64,000 nucleotides of DNA from NCBI GenBank assembly GCA_963758525.1, contig CAVWVQ010000003.1:1088001-1152000 (forward strand), given 5' to 3'. A model generated the notes under the pieces. The model searched no databases. It was not told where the DNA came from and was given only the letters and a program-made list of their open reading frames with translations. The position numbers and the translations under genes are program-made. Positions 8,838 through 16,724 of this stretch are shown piece after piece; the first letter of the stretch is position 1; each line of letters begins with the position of its first letter. Origin of the DNA: an uncultured Phycisphaerales bacterium (GTDB lineage: Bacteria; Planctomycetota; Phycisphaerae; Tepidisphaerales; Tepidisphaeraceae).

Positions 8838-10001
8838 TTAGGTTTCGGTTGATGTCTCCGAAGCCCGCTCATCCGGCGGCCAGAAAAACGCCACCGGTCC
8901 CGCCGGGAAGATCAGGTTTTCCCATGAGAGGGCCGGCTGCCAGTACATCTGGTCGGATTCCGCGGTGATCGACCGGCACTCTGTCGCCCGCCGGGTCAGC
9001 CGGTGCAGGTCGATCGGCCAATCGCCGCCAAGGCCCTTCCACATTGCATAAGCAGCCATGGCGGCCTCCCACCCGCCCTCGCTCAAATCCGCCGGCAGAT
9101 CGAGCCCCAACAAGATCGCCAGGATCTGGATCCGCACCCGTGGTGAATGCAATTCGGGCGTCTGGACCAGGTGCGTGTAGCACTCCTGAGGCAAAGTCTC
9201 CGTCACCGGCAAATCGGGCCACCGCCTCCGCAACAGCGTTACCAAGGCAATCGCGGCAAGGGACGAACGGCACTCGCCCTGAGACGGGCCCCAATAGAAT
9301 GGGAACTCATCATACTCACATTTTCGATGGAACGGAGCGTCGTTGATCCAGTAGTCGGCGGCCCGCCAACCCTCCCGCCCGGCTCCCACCGCCAGCCACT
9401 CCGCCGAGCCGATGCCCAGGGGTCGTGGCCCCTCGGAAAAAGCGCCGACAATCTGGTGCGGGCTAAAGAACATGCGGAATTCGATACCGACGGCCTTCCC
9501 TGCCTCGATCGTCAAAACGGCGATGACTGGAAGCACCGCGCGCTCGGAATGGCCCAGCACTTGACCGGTGATCCGTGACGCGCCCTTCGATGACTGGCCT
9601 TTCGCAACCTCGGTCGCTCTGCCAATGAGAGAACTGGCATCGAACGCCGGTCCCGCCGGCAGCCCCATGGCCACCAAAAGCGAGTAAGCCTCCTCGATAG
9701 ACGCATGTCCCATCAACCGGGTCGGCTTCAAGTTTCCCGCGACCGCGTGGCAGACCAGTTGCCGGAGGTTCGCCACGCCCTCTCGCGCAAGACCCTTGCG
9801 CGCCCTGACGGAAATGGTGTGATCGACGATTGAGGCATCCAATCGCGCATCCGTCAGATCGATGCCGGTTCCCTGGCACGCCTGGCAAACCTCTCCGATC
9901 GTGGCCGAAAGATTCCGACCCGAGGTGCAGGCCCCGCACGTTCCCCAGGAGGACGTTCCGCTGACCTGCGACACACGCTTGGATGTTTCTTCTTCTGCCA
10001 T
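8838..10001 (-). CDS. Hypothetical protein: Zn-ribbon + RNA polymerase alpha-CTD-like domain + unknown C-terminal domain
   Basis: AAGGAG RBS; CGAC...CQACQGTG; ISVRARKGLAREGVANLRQLV...MGHASIEEAYSLLVAMGL resembles the alpha-CTD pattern. Confidence 0.65.
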   Translation of the reverse strand: MAEEETSKRVSQVSGTSSWGTCGACTSGRNLSATIGEVCQACQGTGIDLTDARLDASIVDHTISVRARKGLAREGVANLRQLVCHAVAGNLKPTRLMGHASIEEAYSLLVAMGLPAGPAFDASSLIGRATEVAKGQSSKGASRITGQVLGHSERAVLPVIAVLTIEAGKAVGIEFRMFFSPHQIVGAFSEGPRPLGIGSAEWLAVGAGREGWRAADYWINDAPFHRKCEYDEFPFYWGPSQGECRSSLAAIALVTLLRRRWPDLPVTETLPQECYTHLVQTPELHSPRVRIQILAILLGLDLPADLSEGGWEAAMAAYAMWKGLGGDWPIDLHRLTRRATECRSITAESDQMYWQPALSWENLIFPAGPVAFFWPPDERASETSTET

Positions 10002-10208
10002 ATGAATCTCCTTTCATTGCGATTTGTTAAAGGTTCAATCTCCGCCCCGGCCTTGAGTGGCGGATCAGCGCAGCCGGGGCTATTCAGATGCCAAAGAACC
10101 GCCGCCGGCTGGAACCGGCGAGCGCGCACCGCTGGCGGCGCGGGTATCACCAAAGGAGAAATGGAGCGACAAGGACCGACAGACGAAGGCGCTGGCCGAC
10201 ATCCCCTG

Positions 10209-10349
10209 CTAAAGCTTTCGCACATCCCAGATCACGGCCCGCGGGAACTGCGACTCAATCAGCCGCCGAGCATCGTTGCTCGTTCCCGCCTGTACCGTCT
10301 GGGCGTAACGCTCGTTGTCGATCGTAAAGGTGACCTCGTATGTCTGCAT
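10209..10349 (-). CDS. Small hypothetical protein (46 aa), absent from the ORF track
   Basis: GGGAGG RBS, then MQTYEVTFTIDNERYAQTVQAGTSNDARRLIESQFPRAVIWDVRKL*. Confidence 0.65.
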   Translation of the reverse strand: MQTYEVTFTIDNERYAQTVQAGTSNDARRLIESQFPRAVIWDVRKL

Positions 10350-10396
10350 CGCGAACCTCCCTCATTAGGCTGATGCAGTAAATGTACAAGGCGAAG

Positions 10397-10413
10397 CGGA
10401 CAAAAGGTGTCCG
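10397..10413. promoter_or_regulatory. Putative WYL-regulator operator CGGACA-N5-TGTCCG
   Basis: CGGACAAAAGGTGTCCG; on the minus strand it is followed after 10 nt by TACATT; a second copy lies at 13211-13227. Confidence 0.6.
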
Positions 10414-10434
10414 GTGGTCACTGCCGGCTTATTA

Positions 10435-11238
10435 TTACGAATCTCGGACTGTATTCCATCGATCCACACCCGCGGCGAGCAACGCGGGATCCAGTGAAAT
10501 GATCGCCCCCACATGGGCCCTTTGTCCGGCGGCGACGTCGACGAACACGACCCCGCTGTGCAGCCGGCCGTTCAATGTTCGTACTCCCGCCTCAAACGCG
10601 GCGCGTGCGGCGTTCTTCATTGCGTAGCAGAAGACACAAGACGCGCCCGGCTTTCCGCTAAAGAGCCAGGACCGAACCGGCTCGAGTAACAATTCCCAAT
10701 CGGCCGCGTGCAGGTCTCCATCGTCGGCGCTTTTGTCTGCGATATAGGTGTAGGGGTCCATCGTAAAGAGCCACGGCCGATCCAATCCCGGTGGCGCGTG
10801 CAGATGATCGATCGCTGCCCGCCAACTTCCGTGGATTACCTGCATAGCCGTTCCACGCCAGCGTGCCCGAAGTTTATGAAAGGTGGAATTCTTCTTTTCG
10901 ACAAGCGTTCCGGCTAGTTCCCGTCCGCCGATCAGGGCTTTGGCAACCTCGGCGCTATTCGGGTAGCGGTCCGGTTCGATGAGTCGGGTACATCGATACG
11001 CGCGGAGAACCGCCGGTTCATCCGCTGGCGGATTTGCATTTAGAGCCCGACTCCACCAAAACTCAAATCGCGCCCGCTGATCCCCGCTCTTGCTAATCGA
11101 TCGTCGAAACGCGTCAAACGGTTACATGGAATATGTGCAGACGAGGTGCAAGCCGACCTCACCCGCTGAAAACAGGCGGGACATCAACTCCGCTTCAACG
11201 GAGTGCTGCAGGAGATTGACGTCGTTGCCACGTGCCAT
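10435..11238 (-). pseudogene. RlmJ-like Rossmann-fold methyltransferase gene interrupted by one in-frame TAA
   Basis: One frame from ATG 11238 to 10435 with a single stop at 11122-11124; motifs GNDVNLLQH, YPNSAEVA, TLVEK, FTMDPYTY. Confidence 0.55.
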
Positions 11239-11266
11239 GCAAAATCTGCTCGAACGAAGCCCAACG

Positions 11267-11503
11267 CTATAACAAATCTTTATGTCGTCCCTTGCCACAG
11301 AACCTGCCCCCACCACCTCGGTTCGGGCATTTGCACTGAAAACAACTGCTACTATTGACCCCGTGGTGATATCCGCAGTCGGTGCAGACCATTTCGACAA
11401 CATGTTGGCAGTGGTCCGTTCCCATCCGCCCTGTGTCTTTCAACACCTGCTGTTTATTCGGATTTATATAGCCGGGCATCGTTGTTCGGGAGGGCATGAC
11501 CAT
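11267..11503 (-). CDS. Small Cys-rich zinc-ribbon protein
   Basis: GYINPNKQQV...GTDHCQ...CTDCG...KCP; AAGGA RBS. Confidence 0.6.
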   Translation of the reverse strand: MVMPSRTTMPGYINPNKQQVLKDTGRMGTDHCQHVVEMVCTDCGYHHGVNSSSCFQCKCPNRGGGGRFCGKGRHKDLL

Positions 11504-11527
11504 TCCTTTCGTTCACGGCCGCGACTT

Positions 11528-12358
11528 CTAAGATGGTAAATCTACACTTGGCGAATAGCAGTCACCATCAATCCAAACTTGAGCCGTATTCCCAGCTCGC
11601 TCCAACCGTGCGCGATTCACGTTGAGCGCGTCCTTTGCCCATTGCTGCCAAAGCTGCCAGGGTGGGAGGAAGAAATAGCCGCCATGTGGATCACCGACGG
11701 CGGTATATGAACCCTGCCACACACAAATCGCGGTAAGCGCACACACGAGGCCGGCCTGCTCATCATGTTGGTTATTCTCGGCAAGCGCCCGCCAGAACCC
11801 TTCGTGCGGCCAGTTCAAATGTTGTTTGATAGCAGACATCGTCCGAGCGCGAAATCCTTCGAGCAACCACGAGAACTTCTCCCCGCGCTGTAGCTCCGGC
11901 ACGCCCTCGTAAATCATGTCGTCGAGTAAAATCCCGAGGAAGGCGTTGGGGAAGGCCTCGACTATGTTCTTACCCGGGTAGACGCGCGGAATTTCTCGCC
12001 TGAGCCCGTTCCCGAGCGTTTCCTGCTCGAATTGCTCCGCCGTATCACAGCCGCCTCGACGCAGACCTTGCCCTGTTCTGGCAACCTGACTGAAGCCGGG
12101 CTTGCAGCGGGTCTGAAACGTGCCCCATGCAAATAAGCACTCGACTCCGCGCAGCTGATAATGCACTGGTCCCGGGGCTAAAACAGGGCCATCGATCGCC
12201 AGCACATCCCATTTTCCTCCCGAGGGCAATGCGGTCACGCGGCTGCGCTTGTCAATGAATGTGTGGGTCAGGACAAATCCTGCATCGCCTGTTGAACAAA
12301 TGCCCGATGTCGGGTCCTTGAGAGTCAGACCGACGTCAATTCCAAGGAGATTTGGCAT
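11528..12358 (-). CDS. DUF429-like predicted nuclease (RNase H fold)
   Basis: LLGIDVG, LAIDGP, VEAFP, GLVCALTA, GDPHGGYFFLP motifs. Confidence 0.7.
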   Translation of the reverse strand: MPNLLGIDVGLTLKDPTSGICSTGDAGFVLTHTFIDKRSRVTALPSGGKWDVLAIDGPVLAPGPVHYQLRGVECLFAWGTFQTRCKPGFSQVARTGQGLRRGGCDTAEQFEQETLGNGLRREIPRVYPGKNIVEAFPNAFLGILLDDMIYEGVPELQRGEKFSWLLEGFRARTMSAIKQHLNWPHEGFWRALAENNQHDEQAGLVCALTAICVWQGSYTAVGDPHGGYFFLPPWQLWQQWAKDALNVNRARLERAGNTAQVWIDGDCYSPSVDLPS

Positions 12359-12428
12359 AGTGCCTTTTTATTTTATGGGGGCTCGTATAGTTGCTTTCAC
12401 CACCACCACTATCACGTATTGTGCCATG

Positions 12429-13185
12429 TTACGTCTCTGACAGTGCGCAACCGTGGGTTGCGGCGATCTGGCGAGCTGCAAGACGGACGCTCCTCCGCAA
12501 TTCTCTCGGCTCCATCACCTCCACGCGCCCGCCCCATGCCAAGACGTCGCGTTTTACAGCGTATAGCGCGCCCGTATCGAACTCAACAATGATCCTGCCC
12601 TCCGGATCCCGGCTGATTTTCTGCGTCGAATTCGAGCGGTACTCCTCGCCATAGGCGGCGGCTTCCTTGCAGAAACGCAGCTTCACCCGGTGAATCGGCC
12701 CCGTGCTCTGGTCGCAAAGTCGTCGGCTCCTCCAGCGCGTTGAGCAACGTATCCCAGATCTGGCGAGGCACCGGGTCTACCGGGGGGCCTTCAAACCGGA
12801 TCTTCTTCGCCATCACCTGGTAACCCGTCCGGGTCTCCGGCGGGAGCAGGTCCAGAAGCCGGCGATACATGTCAGCCAACTGGGCATGCACCGGCGTCCC
12901 TTTGAATTGCTCGGCGGCGTGCAGCCCGATGAGCAGCGCGAGCCGATCGGCCGTGCTGACCATCGTCCCAGGCAGAGACGTCACCTCGCCTTCGTAATAC
13001 CAGGCTCGCTGGTGTCGGTCGTACCGCACCGGCAGCCGATATTTTCCGGCCAGCACCTCTTTCAGGTCGCGGCGAACGGTGCGTTCATCGACTCCAAATT
13101 CCCGTGCGGCTTCAGCAGCGACAACCCGCCGACCGCCTCGGAGCCAACGGTCCAGCGTTAGAATTCGGGAATTCATCTTCGACAC
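12429..13185 (-). pseudogene. HTH-WYL-WCX transcriptional regulator with the WYL core deleted
   Basis: wHTH (AAEAAREFGVDERTVRRDL) through WDTLLNALEE joins out of frame near 12715 to a WCX-type C-terminus (VKLRF...VLAWGGRVEVMEPRELR). Confidence 0.8.
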
Positions 13186-13208
13186 TGCCTCAAGATCTAC
13201 CGGAGGGC

Positions 13209-13229
13209 GCCGGACATTTCGTGTCCGGC
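13209..13229. promoter_or_regulatory. Putative WYL autoregulatory operator
   Basis: GCCGGACA-TTTCG-TGTCCGGC palindrome 24-44 bp upstream of the WYL start. Confidence 0.65.
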
Positions 13230-13322
13230 TCTCCCACCGTATTGAATATCACGACCACTGACCGCCGCCCGTCAATTTCCATCGCGCCGGCTCAAACATC
13301 TTTCGCCATCTCCTCGAGCATA

Positions 13323-13451
13323 TCATCCGCGCACTTGGGGGCGACGGCACGGCACCGCCAAGGCTTGCCGCGCATAGTCGTTCAAGTCTCCGGTGACGTG
13401 TCGGCGAAGCGGGGCTTCAAGCTCCACGGGCAATTCGACGGTGAGATGCAT
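13323..13451 (-). pseudogene. Truncated antitoxin-like ORF (UPF0175-like N-terminus)
   Basis: MHLTVELPVELEAPLRRHVTGDLNDYARQALAV, then similarity is lost. Confidence 0.35.
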
Positions 13452-13565
13452 ATCGCCCAAATAATAACATGCCGGGAAGTGTGACAAGGGGCACGGCGGT
13501 CATAAGCCAATAGTTGAATTTGGCTTATGGCCGCTCTTCCTCACCCTATCCGCGTTTATCAGCGT

Positions 13566-15155
13566 TCATCTGCGATTAAACTCTTGGGTTGCGGGCGCGG
13601 CCGGCGCTTGGTCCTCCGTGGTGAGCCCCGAATTTTCCGGGTTGGGACCGAGCATGGTTTCTGGCTTGCTCAGAATCACGATCCAGCCTGGAACGTCGGC
13701 GTCGTCTTCCTTGCGCAGCACGATTTCCTCGGCGTGGATTTCCGCCAAACCATGCTTCTGGGCGAGCTCGCGGACGTAGGCAAGGGAATGTGCGAAGCGG
13801 CACGTGGGCTGAAGAACGAATCCCCGTCCGTCATGGCGCTCGATGGAGAACGCGAAGAACCCGGCGGGACGCAGGGCGCGGGCGACGGCGGCGAAGACCG
13901 CCGCCAAATCGCCGACATAAATGAAGACGTCGCCGGCGAGGATCAGATCGCAGCCGACGGGACGTTCGTCCAGCGCGGCGAGAATGTCGGCGTTGACGAG
14001 GCGGTCGTAAATGTTTCGCTCGGCCGCCTTCTGGAGCATCTTGGGCGATAGATCGACTCCGACGAGCCCGCGCGCGTGCGGACGGAACTGCACTCCGCAA
14101 AGGCCGGTGCCGCACCCCAGATCCAGGACATCGAACTTCGTTCCCGGCGCCGCCGAGAGAACCGCCTCGAGAAGCAGTTCGGGCACGCGATAGGCGAGCT
14201 TGCCGAGCAAATTTCGATCGAAGCCCGGGGCGTAGCTGTCGAAAAGGCCCTGGAGATATCGGGGCGGCGCCGTCGGCATCGACGAGTCGCCGGTGAGCGC
14301 TGCGAGGATGAATCGCCAGTCGGGGGAGTCTGATTTCAGACGGACGGCCTCCCGGTAGGCGGCGATCGCCTCGTCCAACTGCGCCTTTTTCAACAGGGCC
14401 TCGCCGAGACTGGCGTGGGCCTCGGCGTAGCCGGACCGCAGCGCGATGGACGCCCGGCATGCGACGATGGCCTCGTCCAGCAGACCCTTTTTCGTCAGGG
14501 CGATGCCGAGAGTACGATGGGCCTCGGGGAACTGAGGCTTGACGGCGATGGCCTGCCGCGAAGCGGCGACGGCCTCGTCGAGTCGGCCGGTCGCGAGCAA
14601 CGCATTTCCCAGATTAATCTGTGCCTCGCTGTAGTCAGGTCTGAGATGGACGGCCTGACGGTAGGCGGCGGCGGCCTCGTCGAATTGATCGCGTCGCCTC
14701 AGCGCGTTGCCGAGGTTGTACCACGCTTCGGGGAGCTCGCCCTTGATTGCAATCGCCCGACGGCAGGCGGCGATGGCTTCGTCCAGATGCCCTTTTTGCA
14801 CCAGGGCATTACCGAGATTGCTGTGAGCCTCCGCGTAGTCGGGCCGCAGCGCGATGGCCTTGCGATAGGCGGCAATGCCCGCGTCCAATTGCCCGCCGTC
14901 CTTCAACGCATTGCCCAGATCGCTATAGGCGCCAGCATCGCCTGGCTCCTGGACGATGGCCTGCCGGATCAAATCCACGGCGATGTCGGTGCGGCCCGCC
15001 TGATGCGCGATCACTCCCAGATAATGCAGCGCCCCCGCGTGATTTGGGTGGTGGAGCAGTACGTGGCGATAGAGGTGCTGAGCCTCCAGGAGCTGACCGG
15101 CCCGGTGGCGTTGCACCGCCAGGTCGAAGGCTTGCTGGAGAGTCATCGTCGCCAT
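13566..15155 (-). CDS. TPR-repeat protein with C-terminal SAM-dependent methyltransferase domain
   Basis: About 8 TPR units (AxxNLGNAL...GxLDEAIAAxRxAI); LFDSYAPGFD, VLDLGCGTG, GDVFIYVGDL. Confidence 0.9.
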   Translation of the reverse strand: MATMTLQQAFDLAVQRHRAGQLLEAQHLYRHVLLHHPNHAGALHYLGVIAHQAGRTDIAVDLIRQAIVQEPGDAGAYSDLGNALKDGGQLDAGIAAYRKAIALRPDYAEAHSNLGNALVQKGHLDEAIAACRRAIAIKGELPEAWYNLGNALRRRDQFDEAAAAYRQAVHLRPDYSEAQINLGNALLATGRLDEAVAASRQAIAVKPQFPEAHRTLGIALTKKGLLDEAIVACRASIALRSGYAEAHASLGEALLKKAQLDEAIAAYREAVRLKSDSPDWRFILAALTGDSSMPTAPPRYLQGLFDSYAPGFDRNLLGKLAYRVPELLLEAVLSAAPGTKFDVLDLGCGTGLCGVQFRPHARGLVGVDLSPKMLQKAAERNIYDRLVNADILAALDERPVGCDLILAGDVFIYVGDLAAVFAAVARALRPAGFFAFSIERHDGRGFVLQPTCRFAHSLAYVRELAQKHGLAEIHAEEIVLRKEDDADVPGWIVILSKPETMLGPNPENSGLTTEDQAPAAPATQEFNRR

Positions 15156-15212
15156 CAGCGAGTGATCTTACCGTTCGCGCCAGCGATGTTCATACGATGC
15201 GCCGCGGGTGCG

Positions 15213-15659
15213 TCACAGTTTGGGAGTTCCGGTAATTGAGCCGGTCGGCGCTCGTACTCCCTCCCCCGGTATTTCCGGGGGAGGGTTGGGGAGGGGGTTC
15301 TTCAGAAGTTGCTGGTAAATCGATTCCGCCACGGCGTCGCCGTGTTTCAGGATCTCGTAATCCGAGAAACGCAACATGCGGATTCCTTTTTCAGCCAATG
15401 CCTGAGTGCGGCGGCGATCATACTCCAAAGCTTGTGAGTCGTAGTGTTGCCCCCCATCGGCTTCGACTCCCAGACCAGCGCGCAAACAGCAGAAATCGAG
15501 GATGTAACCGGCCACGGGAACCTGCCTCCGGAAGCGATGTCCCTCAAGCCGACCGCGGCGCAGCAAAGCCCAAAGTTTCCTCTCCGCTTCCGTCGGCGCC
15601 TGACGCATCTGGCGGGCGAACGCAATCAGGCGGCGAGAGTGATCCCGTTTATGCGGCAT
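15213..15659 (-). CDS. DUF559 / Vsr-like endonuclease domain protein
   Basis: ARQMRQAPTEAERKLW...FRRQVPVAGYILDFCC...VEADGGQH...DRRRTQALAEKGIRMLRF; the C-terminus reads into a REP. Confidence 0.9.
   Translation of the reverse strand: MPHKRDHSRRLIAFARQMRQAPTEAERKLWALLRRGRLEGHRFRRQVPVAGYILDFCCLRAGLGVEADGGQHYDSQALEYDRRRTQALAEKGIRMLRFSDYEILKHGDAVAESIYQQLLKNPLPNPPPEIPGEGVRAPTGSITGTPKL
15259..15297. repeat. CCCTC-type REP palindrome (left flank of DUF559)
   Basis: CCCTCCCCCGG-TATTT-CCGGGGGAGGG followed by a TTGGGGAGGGGG tail. Confidence 0.9.
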
Positions 15660-15701
15660 GGCATCGCATGCTGAGCGATCGATGGGGCATTCGTCAAATG
15701 G

Positions 15702-15739
15702 CCCCCTCCCACCCTCCCCCGGAAATACCGGGGGAGGGG
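15702..15739. repeat. CCCTC-type REP palindrome (right flank, inverted)
   Basis: CCCCCTCCCA + CCCTCCCCCGG-AAATA-CCGGGGGAGGG; the core is the reverse complement of the left copy. Confidence 0.9.
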
Positions 15740-15972
15740 AAAGAGCATCATCCCCTGATATTTCATGGACCGGGGGACAGAGTTCCTATTGCGCCAGTTC
15801 CTATCGCCCCACCTTGTGGATCGCGCGCGGTGAGCGGAGAATCGAGACTTAAATCACGGAACGTGCGCGATTACGCGTCCGTGCCGGAAGTAAGCTGCCC
15901 AAGGGCAGCCGCTAAACGGTTTTTTGTAAGCGTGTGATCGGGCAAGGTCATACAGATCGGCAGCGCACGATC

Positions 15973-16563
15973 ATGGAAATCGCCAGCAATCCTGCGACTC
16001 CTCCTTCTTCCGAGCATCTGGCGCAACTTGATGCCGCGCGTCTGACGGCGCAAAATCAGTCGCGCTGTGTCGGTTGCCAATTTTGATGGGTGGACGATCG
16101 CCGCGTTCGCGGCGATCACGATTGTATTTTCTGTTACCAATAGCGTCTCGGGCATCGCGTTGGGCTTGGGAATGACCTATGTCGCCTGGCGCGAGCTTTC
16201 GAGCGGCGCGGCGCTCAAGAAGCTGGATGCGGCCGCTCCGCGCCGTTTGGCGATCAATCAAATTGTGCTGTGCGGGATGCTGGTGCTGTATTTTGGGTGG
16301 GCTCTGTATCAGGACCTGTCCGGTCCAGCCGCGTCGGTTCAAATTCTTGCTCAAGCGCCGACGCGCAGGGTATGCTCGGCGATATCGACCAGATCTCGCG
16401 TGAAATCACCATCTGGATGTACGTCGGATTGATGGCGGCATCCCTGCTCGCGCAGGGGGGCACTGCCTGGTATTACTTTTCGCGCGAGAAGCTGCTGCAG
16501 AAGTACCTCGCGACCACGCCGAAATGGATCATCGATTATCAGCGGGGCGGAGGAACGCTTTGA
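15973..16563 (+). CDS. Hypothetical membrane protein (two apparent frameshifts near 16050 and 16350)
   Basis: MEIASNP...AARL, SRAVSVANFDGW...LYQDL and MLGDIDQ...YQRGGGTL form one plausible multi-TM protein across three segments. Confidence 0.55.
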
Positions 16564-16724
16564 ATCGGCGGAAGGGCATGCGAGAAGAGGTGGCGTATTG
16601 TTTGGCTGCGCGGGCAGGTAAATCCCGGGCGCATGACCTACTGATTTTCGCGATACAGAAATTGCCCTGCAGCGAGCCGGAAGGACTGCGCGAGCCAGCC
16701 ACCGGCGTTCCGTCCTCCGTAAAC

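Noticed and set aside
11122..11124. Recoded stop (selenocysteine or pyrrolysine)
   Set aside because: The codon is TAA, which encodes neither; mutation or sequencing error is more likely.
2751..13490. att-like direct repeat (CCGGG..GTGTGACAAG at ~2751 and ~13472) bounding an island
   Set aside because: Short imperfect match, with no integrase or tRNA in the window; may be chance or shared promoter sequence.
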